A DNA stretch of 60,617 nucleotides, counting the filler, from Sphacelaria rigidula (taxonomy: Eukaryota), in NCBI GenBank assembly GCA_964200075.2. It is 9 parts of 9 records of this genome, joined end to end, with 100 filler letters (N's around TTAATTAATTAA, not from the genome) between each part and the next. Parts side by side here need not be neighbours in the genome. Positions count along the whole stretch, not along the records: positions 1 to 6,647 come from CAXNAA020018849.1; positions 6,748 to 13,394 come from CAXNAA020018850.1; 7 more parts are not named here. One strand, 5' to 3'. The notes below the pieces were generated by a model. That model was not told where the DNA came from, searched no databases, and saw only the letters and a program-made list of their open reading frames with translations. The stretch's first letter is position 1, and every line of letters starts with the position of its first letter. Made by a program: the position numbers and the translations under genes. Below are positions 1 through 12,359 of this stretch, piece after piece.

Positions 1-56
1 CTGACAAGTCAGCGCTGACTTGTCAGTAGTCTAGTTGGTTGTCTCTTAAAGCATCA
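1..56. mobile_element. Partial copy of ~90-bp palindromic MITE (full copy at 27046-27137)
   Basis: ctgacaagtcagcgctgacttgtcagtagtctagttggttgtctcttaaa matches the centre and right arm of the 27046-27137 hairpin. Confidence 0.8.
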
Positions 57-75
57 CAGGCCAAACGTTGTCCAC

Positions 76-830
76 CCTACAGCTTTCCCAGTTTCCCGAA
101 TGAACCCGATGTGAGCATATCACTGTAAAGTGCAGACCAGCCTGGTAACACACGGCACCGCCGCTGAATAAAGAAAAAAAACATGAAAAAAACATGTACT
201 GCATAATATATTACCGTAACGACAGACGAAAAAAAAGAGAATCTGTCGTGATTCGAACTCATTACCTCCATAATTGGGGTCTCCTATTACTTGAATTATA
301 GGGGTGCAGCAGCGTCACGCAAAACGTTGCACGCACGGCCCAATCCGACGAGTCCTGAGCTGAAATTTCACGAGGACCTTCTGCACCCATGGGAATGATC
401 CATCACGGGAGCAGCTGCATATTTTCGTTTTTTTCCTGGACTCATGACGTTATCTTTGTTTCGCTGAAATTTGAAATCTCGATAACTTCCTTTTCTCTCT
501 TTTCTTTTTCTTTTCTGCTCTCGTCATATTTTTCATGTCAATCATAATAAGCTGCTGTCAAAATTTCAGCGTCCAACTCCTAATTTTACGCTGTGCGTCG
601 CCCGAGCGAGAAAACTACCCACTGTTGGCTGGCCCAGCTCGTATTTCGATAAAATATATTACGCACTATCGGGATGAGCACTGTGCTCCTTTGATTGTTT
701 TTTTTCTTCTCACGTGCGCTATAGCGATCATGGCCGCGTAGAGGGGTACGTTGAAGTAGAACGGGCCGTTGTCGCAGAAAGGATCTTCTGCGTATGAATT
801 CCAGTCGTCTTCGCATACATCCATGGTCGC
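76..830 (-). CDS. Two candidate exons (830-714 and 141-76) of an unknown protein
   Basis: cag|GCG...CAC|gtgag (117 nt, ATMDVCEDDWNSYAEDPFCDNGPFYFNVPLYAAMIAIAH) and cag|GCT...AGG|gtggac (66 nt, AGLHFTVICSHRVHSGNWESCR). Both are phase 0-0, and the second has a paralog at 14916-14981. Confidence 0.6.
300..645. repeat. Dispersed ~350-bp repeat, reverse-complement copy at ~14400-14745
   Basis: ggggtgcagcagcgtcacg...gagaaaactaccca...ggcccagctcgta corresponds to tacgagctgggcc...tgggtagttttctc...cgtgacgctgctgcacccc. Confidence 0.85.
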
Positions 831-1383
831 CTGTATGGCACAACAAGAAACAAAGTTGAAGATGAAGCAACCAATACGGAACAAATATAGAACAGTGCAA
901 TACCCCAGACAAAAGCAACATAAAACAAGAACAAGCACAAAGAGGAACAAGCACAAAGAAGAACGAGAAGAACGAGAAGAACGAGAAGAGCAAAATCAAG
1001 CACGGATAACAAGCACAAGAACGACGAAAACGACAAGCACGAAAAGACCAAGAAGAACGGGAACGAGAAAAACCAAAAATCAACTACAAAGAAATACGAT
1101 GGTCAAGGACAAAAAGAAAGCTCCACACAACACTCTCCTCAATCCACTCAATTCGTAAAGCTCTTCTCATTCGGCGCTACGAACATTTACCTCTGACACG
1201 ATTATAGCATACACGTAAGGCAGGCACAAGACAGATAGAGTGCACGAGGAGCGGGTGAGTAAAAACAACCTCGCAAAACGGTTTAGACAGTCCTTGCAGG
1301 GTACCTATAAAAGCAACTCTGTCATAGTGGTTTCAGACAGTCACTGAATGCAACTAGGTTTCACTCCATATTTCTCAACCATA

Positions 1384-1456
1384 CCGGGGAGAGATGGGTT
1401 GATCCCTCGAGACTTCGGATTCATCCCGAGGGAGGGTAGGAGATCAAAGTGCGACA
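1384..1456 (+). mobile_element. 3' end of SINE/LINE family (…AAAGTGCGACA)
   Basis: ccggggagagatgggttgatccctcgagac...tcccg...caaagtgcgaca also occurs at ~45087-45160 and ~48052-48130. Confidence 0.75.
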
Positions 1457-1471
1457 TAGAAAAAATAAAAG

Positions 1472-1782
1472 TAATCATGAATAATAATCATGATGATCAT
1501 AACAATCGTAATAATAATCGTAATAATCGTCATGATCATAATGATCATAGTAATCATAATCATTATCATAATCAAAATAATAAGCATAATAATAATCATG
1601 ATAATAATCATAATAATAATCATAATAATAATAATCATCATAACCATAATAATCAAATTCATAATAATCATAATACTCATCATAATCATAATAATCACAA
1701 TCATAATCATAATAATCACAATAATAATCATAATAATCATAATCAAAATAATCATAATAGTCATAATAATCATTATAGTAAT
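1472..1782. repeat. (CAT/AAT)n compound microsatellite
   Basis: About 310 bp of aat/cat/cataat triplets; this produces the spurious poly-N/H/I/Y ORFs. Confidence 0.97.
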
Positions 1783-2984
1783 TTTCAACAATACAAAAAA
1801 AGGACAAGAAGCATTGTCGCATCACGCATCCACAGCGCCGAGAAGGGTATGTATGATAAGAATGAGAAGGCGTAGTTTCAGTTTTGCAAAAAAAGATAGC
1901 TGACGGCAAGGAAAACAAAAAAAACAAGCAAAACAGGTAAAAACCGGGGATATTAATTTTTCACGGTCGAACATATAAAAGCAACACAAATGCAGTCGTG
2001 ACCCCTCTCCCACCACATCCCCCCCAGACACAAAGGTAAATGAAGCGATAGATATAAGGGGAAAACTAGCCCCATGAGGGAAAGTGGACGAGAAAGAGCA
2101 TCGGAAGATATACGGGCGGAGGTTAAGGGAAAAAGTAGGGATGAAAAGACGTTTGCATGACCCAGTGGACTACGCGGGTGGGGGACCTGAATCTGCCAGA
2201 AACAAGATAGGGGTAAACCAATAGTCGCGTCAAGGGGGAAGTAGATGTAGAGAAATTGCCTTTGTGGCAAAAGCAACAGAGTGGAAATAACATAGTGAGA
2301 GACTGCTGTGAACCACAAGTATACAAGGATGAACAAGACGTGCCGGAGGGGGAAACGAGGAAATTAAATCAAGGTGACATGTATGAAAAGCGTTTGGTAC
2401 ACTGTTTAGTAGGGAAAACAATCGCCAATACGTTTCTGCGCAAGACCTTTTCCGCCAAAGTCATGTGGCAGAGACCGGCAATTTCTGTCTTTTCTTCCTT
2501 CTTCCTGTTGTTTTCTTGTTCTTCCGGTTGTTTTCTTTTTCCCCTTAGTCTACGGTTCTGGTCTGTTCTTTCCGTTCTGTTTTTTGCCCTCCACTTTTCT
2601 TCAGCGAGTGTTTCAGTTCTGTTTTGTCTTGGGTACGTCTATCAGGTGACCACGGCTGGATCCTTGGGGAATCCGCCAGGAGTGCGTCAATCGTTTTTTT
2701 TTTTTCCGAGGAAACAAATCAGGAACCCTTACCGTGAACTTTGCTCTTTCTCGTTCCGTAGACGCCGAAAAAAAAGTCTGCTCCCTCTCGACAGGGATGT
2801 AGTACAGCGCTTTCGAGTGCGCTCCACCTCCCCGCCACTTCTAACTTAGCCCTCAAGCTGAATTGTCATTAAGACCAATGCTACGATACCCACCCCCCAC
2901 CCCGGAAAAAAAGTCTGCTCTCTCTCGACAGGGATGCGTCAATGGTCAAACGACTGAGGCAAGTAAAAAATGAGTACGCCGACA

Positions 2985-3492
2985 CTTTCTACGATAGCCC
3001 CCCCAAAAACCAGCCCAAAAGTGTCGCGAAAAAAATGGCCATACAGCGCCTGATGTTTGGGTGCAAGCTGCATGAAGCGCCTCATAAACGCAACATTGGC
3101 GAGAACGGGCCCAAGCGTGGGAATTCCCAGCTACTCGTGGTGCTCGGCTTGTCCGATTTCGATTTACGTGAAGATTTTGCCTCCCAAAACCATGCCCTTT
3201 TTTTGGGGGGGGGGGGTTATCGTAGAAAGTGTCCGCCCCCCCTCCCTTCCCCTCCGATGTTTTTTTGACTGGCTTAGGGAGGCAAAATCTACTGTACGCG
3301 TAGATCGAAATGAAACAATCCGACAACAAATAGTAGCTGGGATTTCCCACGCTTGGGATCGTTTTCGCCAACGTCGCCAGTATGAGGCGCTTCATGTAGC
3401 CTGGAACCAAACACCATGCGCTGTGCGACCATTTTCTGCGTGACAGTTTTGGGCTGTTTCTTTTTCGGGGGGGGGGGGGGGGGGCTATCGTA
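2985..3492. mobile_element. Foldback/MITE with long degenerate inverted arms
   Basis: tacgatagccccccc...cccaagcgtgggaattcccagctac on the left pairs with gtagctgggatttcccacgcttggg...ggggggctatcgta on the right. An extra terminus lies at ~3205-3232. Confidence 0.8.
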
Positions 3493-3683
3493 ACATCACT
3501 CTTAAGGTGATCCGGTGTACAGATAGGCACCAAGGTAGGGGTACTCCTCCAACCAGGTAGCCTCGAACTTGAATGTATCCATCGTCCTCAACTGGGTAGG
3601 GCCATCCTCACCGAGTAGACCTCCTTGCAGTGTCTCCCAGTTCGACTCTGTACACGAGTCACCCTACCCATCCGGACATTGCA

Positions 3684-4094
3684 CACGCGGCCATTCGGCT
3701 ACCCCCGTAAACATCCTCTATTATTGCGATTTTTATCCTCTCGAGGGTAAAGTGACCCTCCGGAGGAAAAAATACCCTCTGGATGACCCTCTGGATGGTA
3801 TTCCATACTCAGTCCCGGTTATAAACGAATCCTCTGGGGGGGCATCTGATGCCCCAGTGACTTCTGAGGTCTGAATTCCTCGAGAGTAACAAAAAAGATG
3901 GTGCTCTGGAGGGCTGCGCATCTTCCATGTTCCTCCGGAGGGTGCGCGGCCCTCCAGAGGCAAAACGAGCCTCTGGAGGCGTTCGATTTCACCCCTCTGG
4001 AGGACCGCGCACCCTCTAGAGGCGTTTAATTCCTCTGCAGGCTCGAAAAGTTGACCGGGACGGAGTATTTGTGAGGGTAGCCGAATGGCCGCGT
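3684..4094. mobile_element. MITE with ~20-bp TIR and internal CCTCTGGAGG subrepeats
   Basis: acgcggccattcggctaccc ... gggtagccgaatggccgcgt, with many cctc(t/c)ggagg-type motifs inside. Confidence 0.75.
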
Positions 4095-5974
4095 ATGTGG
4101 TCCTGGTCATCAATGGATGAATCAATCAGTCAATTGAACAACCAGTACGAGGAGAGATTTGTCGGTGGCTACAGACGGCGAAACAAGAAGGGGATAAAGT
4201 ACGTTAAAAAGAGTTGATACGTGATGAACGGGGGGGAAATTCTGATCACCCAAACGTTGGGGGTGTTTTTTTCAAGAGTAAGAACGGTCCTCCGTCTCGA
4301 AGGAATGCGCGATCAATGGTCAAATGACGAATGCGAGCAGGAAATAAGTTCGTCCCCCCACCCCCCACTTGCGTATTCGTGTGTCCATGACATTGCGTGG
4401 ATAGGCTTCGCGCCCCCCCTACATTGGGGATTGACACGTCGAGAGTTGATGTGGAGAAAACGAACACTGCTACCCTTCAGGAATTGTATATGACTCGTCC
4501 TCAGGGCTTACGTTTTTACTTATTTCTGTTCGTCACGCTCGTTCCCTGTATTTGGTTCCATTCCTGTCCGGCTTCGCGTGTCGAGTGGACTAATGGGCCG
4601 TGCCTCCAGTAGCCCGAAGGGTCGCCTACGGCATCGGAACTCGGGGGGTTAACAGTATTCTTTCCTTCTTCCGTTTTTTTATTAATGTCACTATTTTTTG
4701 TATTTGTTCGATTATTTGTTTTGTCTGTATCGCGTCTGAATGAGTTTTTGTCGGTCAGATTTTGTTTATTATACCCTATTTGGGGTCGTAAGCCTGTGAC
4801 CACGTAAGGCGTCAATATCAGATACCCAGTACAGAGTACTGGTCAAATTTCGGAACGGTTTCTAATGTGAAGACAACAGCAACAACAGCAGCACACAGCA
4901 GCAACAACAGCAGCAACAGTATCAACACTTTCGATCTCTTCTTCCTGTTCTAGGAATGCGTTCGTCGTCTCCAGTAGTCAGCCCATCTCCCCCCCTGCAA
5001 GCGCTAAATCTAACTTCGGAAGCGCAACAACAAAACCGATGACTACTTTGACGCGACTATTTCCGCAAATCGACGCTATTTGTTTTCTTCATTTTTCCTC
5101 CCACAACTTGCTCTGGATTGAATGCCGTCCCGGGAAGGCCACCGCATGAAAAAACGGGAATAGCCTTTGATTTGAATCCGCTTTCATAGAGCAAGGAAAA
5201 TATGTAAAAAGAGCACAGCACCTTCGTATCACGTCAACAAAAGGCCGACCCAAGCGACGATATTCCAGTTCCCAACAGCTCGGCTTAGGGCACTCAAACC
5301 AACATCATTACTTCACTATTTTTAGTGGTAGGCTATTATTGTTGAGTCATCCCCGAGTGATGTTAGACTATGAGAGCTGCCGCGAGTGTCTACTAGTATC
5401 TGAAGCAGCGGGCAAGCCAAAAACCTCTTGTATACGTTCCAGCGACAAGAGCAGGCGAAAATATAATGAGCTGATGACCTGCGCAAAAGCGAACACAAAT
5501 GAAGATATATGAATTATGTGAATCAAGAGAAATCTAATAGCAAACCGCTTCGCGTCAACGCATATATCTCGTACAGCATCGCCACTTAACTTGTGAGTAA
5601 AACTCTCTTGATCAACCGTCTACATGGCTGATCAGTTAAAGTGCGACAATCAGTCGAATCAAATCAATCAATCAATGGGGAAGGGGACTTTGGTGGATAA
5701 CCTTGATGGTTTCGCCAATGGCCTGTACATACAGTAACCCTAACAATACAAGTCCTACCGGCGAGGCCAGTGAAGCTGTTCGTGTTGCCGAGTCGCGTGA
5801 GCCAGGGGAGTGAGCCGGTCCTGTGGCACGGCTGTGCATTCGTTACAACGTACATGCATTGTGAATGCTCCAATGTTTGTGTGCGTTCTTTTCATTTAAC
5901 TGTTCTCACGTGCACGAGTGTTGTCTGTGTACGGCTGTTGGGGTAGTCAAGGGTGATGGACAGGAGACGGACAC

Positions 5975-6485
5975 TCTGCGTGCATCGACCCGCTCCTACT
6001 AGTCATATTCTACAGTAGCAACTCAGCCTGTGCGGCTCGACCCTCTCGCTTCTGGTCATACTGTACTACACAGGAGACAGATAGCTCGTGTGGATCGACC
6101 CGTTCCTACTAGTCATACTCCACATGGGAAGGTACGCCTGTTCGAGTCGACCCCCTCCTACTAACATTTTTTCACAAGAAGGAGCTAGCTTGAGGGGGCC
6201 GATCCTCTCGCCATCATACAACATAGGAGAACAACAGCCTTTGTGGTAGCAGCCTGTGCGAACCGCCCTCTCCTATTGGTTATATTACACGAGAGAGGGT
6301 TATCCTGTGCGGGCCTAACCTGTCCTAATTGTACTCTATAGGGGAGAACCAGCCTGTGCGAGCCAACCTCTCCTCGTCATACTCCACAGGGGGAGGACGA
6401 GCCCTTGCTCGTCAACCCTCTCCTCGTCATAAATCACAGGAGAAGGGCGGCCTGGGTGGGTCGACCCTCGCCTTGCCATACGACA
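5975..6485. repeat. Degenerate ~50-bp tandem minisatellite, about 10 copies
   Basis: Recurring consensus close to gcctgtgcgggtcgaccctctcctactagtcatactccacaggaga. Confidence 0.8.
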
Positions 6486-6577
6486 ACCTCCGGTAACGGC
6501 ATGGTCAAGAGTCCAAACCAAATGCAATGGAATGCCCGATATCGAAGAACATTCTCGGATCCACGTGCACGGGGCAC

Positions 6578-6647
6578 GGGGGGCGTACTCATTTGTTGCT
6601 TGCCTTAGTAATTTGACCATTGACCACGCATCCCTTTCGAGACGGAG
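6578..6647 (+). repeat. ~75-bp short interspersed element (multi-copy)
   Basis: ggggcgtactcatttgttgcttgccttagt...tttgaccattgaccacgcatccctttcgagacggag. Copies at ~36300-36372 and ~49165-49238, reverse copies at ~2925-2980 and ~4290-4360, variants at ~6790-6868 and ~35925-36006. Confidence 0.85.
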
Positions 6648-6747
6648 NNNNNNNNNNNNNNNNNNNNNNNNNNNNNNNNNNNNNNNNNNNNTTAATTAAT
6701 TAANNNNNNNNNNNNNNNNNNNNNNNNNNNNNNNNNNNNNNNNNNNN
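6648..6747. other. Artificial contig linker (N44-TTAATTAATTAA-N44); also at 13395-13494, 20142-20241, 26889-26988, 33635-33734, 40381-40480, 47127-47226, 53873-53972
   Basis: Eight identical 100-nt spacers carrying six-frame stops. The contigs between them measure 6647, 6647, 6647, 6647, 6646, 6646, 6646, 6646 and 6645 bp. Confidence 0.98.
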
Positions 6748-9700
6748 GCGGGGGGGGCGGGTGGTTGGGTGGGGGGGGGTTGGGGAGGGGGGGGTACTCA
6801 TGATCATGCATGCCATAGTCATCAGACCATTGATCTCGCATCCCTACAAAGCCGGGACGGAGCACGCGGGGTGGGGCGGAGGGGGTGGAAGAAGGCAGCG
6901 GGCTGATAATGAAGACCAGTACTCGTACGCGATTTTTTATTTTTGTGCAGTGAATTGAAAAACGACAAAAAGGACACATACTTGAATACCTTGTTTTGGA
7001 TATTATGTATTTTGCACGCTGGGTAGGAAGGGAAGGCACAGGGGAGTGGATAGGGGGTGAAGACAATTCTGCGATTTCTTTTACATTGTATATATCCATG
7101 CGTATATCTATATATGCATATATACTTCGAATGATACGCTGTTGGTGTTCTTCCTTCCGTTTATCCATCTGTCCGTGCTCCCGTAAGCCAAGCGCGAGAC
7201 GGCGGCTGATCGCGTCGTAGGTCACTGGGGACATCACCGACGTAATTTTGTTCGGGAAACATATATGTAGTAATGAAGTATTCTTGAAAATTATCTGTAT
7301 AGCGCATGATAATTTTTGCTTTGTTTTTCTTCTGTGAACAAGGCTCCAATTATTTGGTGTATTTGACGTATGTTTCGTCGTGAGATTTCTCCATTTTCTG
7401 AGCGATACAACTCGACGAAGTTTTCCACACCCTGGACAAAAAAATACACAGTCAAAAAGTGTAGTGCGTACAGTATCGACTATTGCGCCTATTGCAAAAG
7501 ACAATATATTCCATAATGTACGCAGTACATTCTTTATAATAGAACCTTTTGTCCAGGGTGTGAAGTTTTCAATGTTTCTGACGGCACATTTCATAGCGAG
7601 GTGGAGTGGGATCCATCGGAGGTTTCTATGAAAATTGGGAGGTTTTATTACTTTTTTACCGCACCGCGGGTGATGGTATCCCCCGCATCTTACAGCAGTC
7701 GTCTGTAGCTGATAAAAAAATAAAGAAAAGTAAGAAGGCAAGAATGAAGAGATGAAAGAGGGCGGTTTCGGCCTGCGGTAACGATGCAGCACAATATTAC
7801 AACCACGACTCGAAAACCGTTTTTGCCCACATTTCAGCAAGAATTGTATGTACGTAAGAGCTTGTAGCAGCCAGTCAGTCTCTGGAGAGTCGAGCGATGT
7901 TATGTGATGCGATGATGTGTGTGTTTTCAGACAAAACGGACCTACCCGGGTAAACAAGAAGAGTAAAGGGCATTTGATCGGATCAAGCCGGACGAGTCGC
8001 AGCCTCAAGAGGAGTCGAGAGCAATCATGAGCCAACGGATGGTGTACGACGATGGCCATTTTCCAGCGAAACAAACCCGCGCAAATGAAAAAAAGGGTCA
8101 CGAGCAGTCGGTCCAGAATATATATTTCACAGAAAGTGGTGACTACAGTGGAGATCACGCGTCATCAACTGTTCTAGACTGAGATGCAGTCGATCTGTAT
8201 GATTCACAGAGAGCACCTCCGGGATGGACGTAAGGTTGGGTGTGTTTTCTTGATATTGTCGTCACGTTCGCCTTGTCACAAAGGCAGACTGATAATCGAT
8301 TTTTGGGAATCGTACCAGTGATGGAGAGGAACGATTCTCTCACTCCCTGGTAAATCAGGTGTGAATGTGGGGACCGCATGTTGTATGCGTGTGTGAATGC
8401 GCGGCGAAACAGAGACAAAAAGAGGTGCAGCATTGTTGTTGTACAACATAGGGCTTTCACTCGAAGTGCTTGATCCTACAGCAGTAGTACGATACGATGG
8501 AGGGAGGGCGGGGGGTGTTTGATGATACGAAACAACAGGGTGGTTCGACTGCAGGAACGGCCGCACTTATGTACATGTAAAAGTAGTGCAAAATGTTTCT
8601 ATCCATGGAAGGTACTTGTTTGAGCTTTGGAGCATGTGTCGACAGTGCTCTTCCTTTTGTTGATCCCCACAACGGGGGAAGCTATCTCCGCCGTATGTCT
8701 CGGACACCATAGTGTATTACCGCACTCACAGCGGCGAGCAAATTCCACTTCACTCGCGATGGTTTGTTGGGCTCCTCTTGAGGTGTCGCAAATGGCCGCT
8801 TGCAGGAAACCCAACTTGACATGAAAACGTGTTGTGGTGTCTGTTGCAATGATGGTTGACATTGTTGTCTTCAATTTGTTTCCATATCTAGTTGCATTCA
8901 GATCTATCCCTAAGAACAGCGCATTTCTGTATTTTCCATTCATTCCGTACTCATTTTCTTTCATGTTCCTCTCCATTTTTCTTGCTTTCAGGCCATGGTT
9001 CGCTTTAGTAATATTATCTCATGTTACCTACATATTATATACCACCTGCATAAGACAAATTGTATTCAAAGTCCGACCAAAGCAATGCACAGCATCACCA
9101 GCAGCACCGCAAATAACAACCGATTCTCGAAAATGGGGGTGAACACTACCATGAGGTTCAAATGGCATAACTACTTCTCAGGAATAGTGCGAAAAAGTTA
9201 CACCAAGGGGAGACATGTACCCCCGAAACAAGTCTGCAACAATTATTAAGCAGGCGTGGCGAGGTACACCGAACGAATACGGCAGTGTACACGCGTGTCG
9301 ATGATTATATCACCAGACAGGAGCAACTTTTGGCAGAGAGGGAGCTCTTCGCCGGTGTCCTTTGTGCGTCCTCGTTCGGCGATTCCCACTCGCTGCAGAT
9401 ATTGGGATCATGTTGTTGTACCAGCACATACTCAGGTTGCCATGTTTGGGCAGGCGGTTATTGTAGCACAGCCCCGCAAACAACATCGGGATGCCCACGG
9501 TTGGTTGTGGTCTCCTGTCTGTGGCACTGATCAATGCAGAGATCGATTTATGTCTGCCTTTCTGCTTGAACAGGACGTACCTCTCTGTGCGCAGTAGAAC
9601 ATGTCGTGGAAAAGCAGGGCGATGTTCCCGTCACTGCTACTGTTCTCACACACGCATATGCGAGCAAAGACGGTTGCGCCGTTTCGCCAAGATCAAATAA

Positions 9701-10624
9701 CCGCAAGCTGGGGGGTGTTATATTATTGTATTCGTAGATTCCACCCGACGTCTGCAAAACAAGGACAACAGTCTGCCACATCCCAGTTGGGGGAATGTAT
9801 GAGATGTTAAACACTCGTGTAGACCGTCTTGGCATGCGGAGTGAGAAAAGATACCCCTGGGGATGAATTGACTCTTGCTGGCGTGACCCATGGCATCCCC
9901 TCATCTGAGAGTTTCTGCGCACCATCAGTCGCGTGCTCAGCAGGGTGTATCTGTGTCGGTGTCTGTCGCAAAAAATTGTCAGATGAGAAGAGGCATCCCA
10001 ACTAAGCTGAGCCGCGAAATGGTTAGGAACAAGGGCGTTCCATGATTAACTACCTGACATATTTGAAGTTGGATATTGTGGGAGAAATGATCCAAAGTAT
10101 CCCACCTTTGTATAAATGTTTATGAAACTGATGTGGGCCGTTTTGCAGAAAAAAGGGGGGGAAATCGAACGGGGATGAAATTCGCTCATCCCCTAGCTTT
10201 CGGCACAAATCTGACCATCAAGTCTGTGTTTGGCAACGCCGTACTCGACGGAAACATTTTTTTTCCTTTTTTTAAATCCATCGAAACACGTCTTGACGGT
10301 AATCTCCCAAAAATTGGTGTTCATCGGTTAAGATTCAGGTACTACGACGCACGTTGAGTGATACTCCCCGATCCCTCATTTTTCACCAGAAATCGACAAC
10401 GACAACGAAAATGAAACACCTAGCTAGCTAGGACGTTCCAGATCTCTTCCTTTGGCACAAGCCTTTACGCATTATAATGCATCACAATACATCACTTTCC
10501 GGCACCAAAGAGGGAAACGAGCCAATTCGGGGGTAAAACTGGATTATCCCCGGATTTTCGGGACAAATTTAGGCATTCTTCCCGGTGTTGAGCAATGCCG
10601 AACTCGACGAACACATTCGTAGAG

Positions 10625-10875
10625 GAGCCACCCTACGATAGGGGGGGGGGGTATTTTGGACCACTTCTTGCACGAAATTCCAAGGCTACTCGCCGCTGAA
10701 ATATGCAACGGTTGCTCGAACGAGCTTGTTATAGATACATAACGCTCATTCATACCGATTGACACCGTTTTGAACCAAATACAAGCGCATCGCGAGTGTT
10801 GCAGGTCATCTGACACACTTATCAGCCTTTTTTCTCGTGCAATCAAAATCCCCCCCCCCTATCGTAGGATGACTC
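10625..10875. mobile_element. ~250-bp MITE with TIR GAGTCATCCTACGATAGGGG (second copy 32782-33036, opposite orientation)
   Basis: TIRs are visible at both ends, and the internal sequence is the reverse complement of the 32782-33036 copy. Confidence 0.85.
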
Positions 10876-12359
10876 TGATGCGCGGATGGGATATGACGGT
10901 CCAAGATCCAAATGAGATATATATATATATAAGTGGGATTTTCTCGAAAACGAGAGGTCGAAAACGAGATCACGAGGGGTGATCAATGATGGCGGAGGTC
11001 GAGGTCCGCTCGCCGTCGTTGGATTAGTATGCATGACTTCAATAGCGGTTTGAGTCATGGCTTTCCTTTGATTGTTTTAATGAAATGACGGCAAGTTGAA
11101 GCATTGAATCTTTGCCGGCTGGGAGGCATGCAATGCATACGTTTTTCACAGTGTTGCAGAAGCAAGAGGCCAGGTATGTTTTTGACTTGTTGGGTGCTTA
11201 TTTCCTTCTAGCGTGAGGATGATGTACCATTTGGCTGTTGCACTCCGTTGCGCAGGTGTTGAACGTACAAAGAGTGCATTTTGTATGTTGAGAAGAACCT
11301 TGTCCCGGATGAGAGGGGCGATGAATCACGAATGCTCTGGAATTTGACGTTCGCTGACATTTCCGGTTTCGTGCCGATGAATAGTCAAGAGTCTTGTTTT
11401 GGCGAAGATTTAAGAATTTGGCGCTAGCTATCGCTTTGTAACTCGGAGTGGTGCAAGTCGCGTGATTGCATGTTCATGATGGACGATATTTTCTTGGGAT
11501 CTCTTGCGAGTTGTTCGGAAGTGGGGCAAGCTTGTATAGAGCTTTTGTCGAAAACAGCGGAAGATATTGCTATTCTTTGCGGAAAACGACAGCACTATCA
11601 GGCGCCAATGATGCCTGAGGTTGTCAAGCTCTGATGTATCTACTTGTTGGTAGTAGATAGCTTTGGGGGTGCTGTATACTCTAGCCACCACTGTTACCCA
11701 AGGTTACGGACATTGTGTAGGCGAAGTTGCGGGTCTGATCGCTGGACTCTGTGATGGCTGACCTCCATGACTTGAGGCTTGATTTTGCTACTCTGGTGGA
11801 GAGAGGCTATGGTCCTGTCCTCCTGTGTATGCTAAAGGTTGATACATGAATAACTAAAGCTGCTGAAGTCCATGTGCCCGTGATGGGAGGAGTCCACATG
11901 GCGATCTGATCTTGAGTGACTGAAGTGTATAAGCAGCTAGTAGCTGCCCACGGGTGCTCCATGTGGCGTGGTTCGTTGAGTAGTGGCGTTTTTGTTCGTA
12001 ATTTCTTTTTTTTAACTTTGTTGCGGGTCTGATATCGGGTATGGTGCTGTATGTGAGCTACTTTATGTTTATGTGAAACTGATGAAGAAAAAGTGTGTCA
12101 TATTTCACATCAAACAGCGGCTCCCGTCACAACGTCACATACCAAACAGTCCAATCCACCACTCTCTGCAGTGTTCAGCGCACAGTGCGCAGTGCACCGG
12201 CAGTACAGCAGTGAGCACTACAGGGGTAGTTTACTGGGCCGGCTGTGGGTGATGCGGAGGTAGTTTGCTGAGTCAGAGGCTAGAGTGCCATGCGGTATGC
12301 GATACCATAGTAAGCACAGTGGCGTGGCACCCAGTACGTACGTGTATGATGCCGACGAT

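Noticed and set aside
1348..1927. Poly-N/H, poly-I and poly-Y/D ORFs
   Set aside because: They are translations of the CAT/AAT microsatellite.
5975..6485. CRISPR-like repeat/spacer pattern
   Set aside because: Repeats are degenerate, the spacers resemble each other, there are no cas genes, and the context is eukaryotic.
6648..6747. TTAATTAATTAA as a biological palindrome or TSD
   Set aside because: It is an assembly linker embedded in Ns.
11300..12100. Possible copia leader similar in style to 58100-58800
   Set aside because: Only patchy, short resemblance; it cannot be supported without an alignment.
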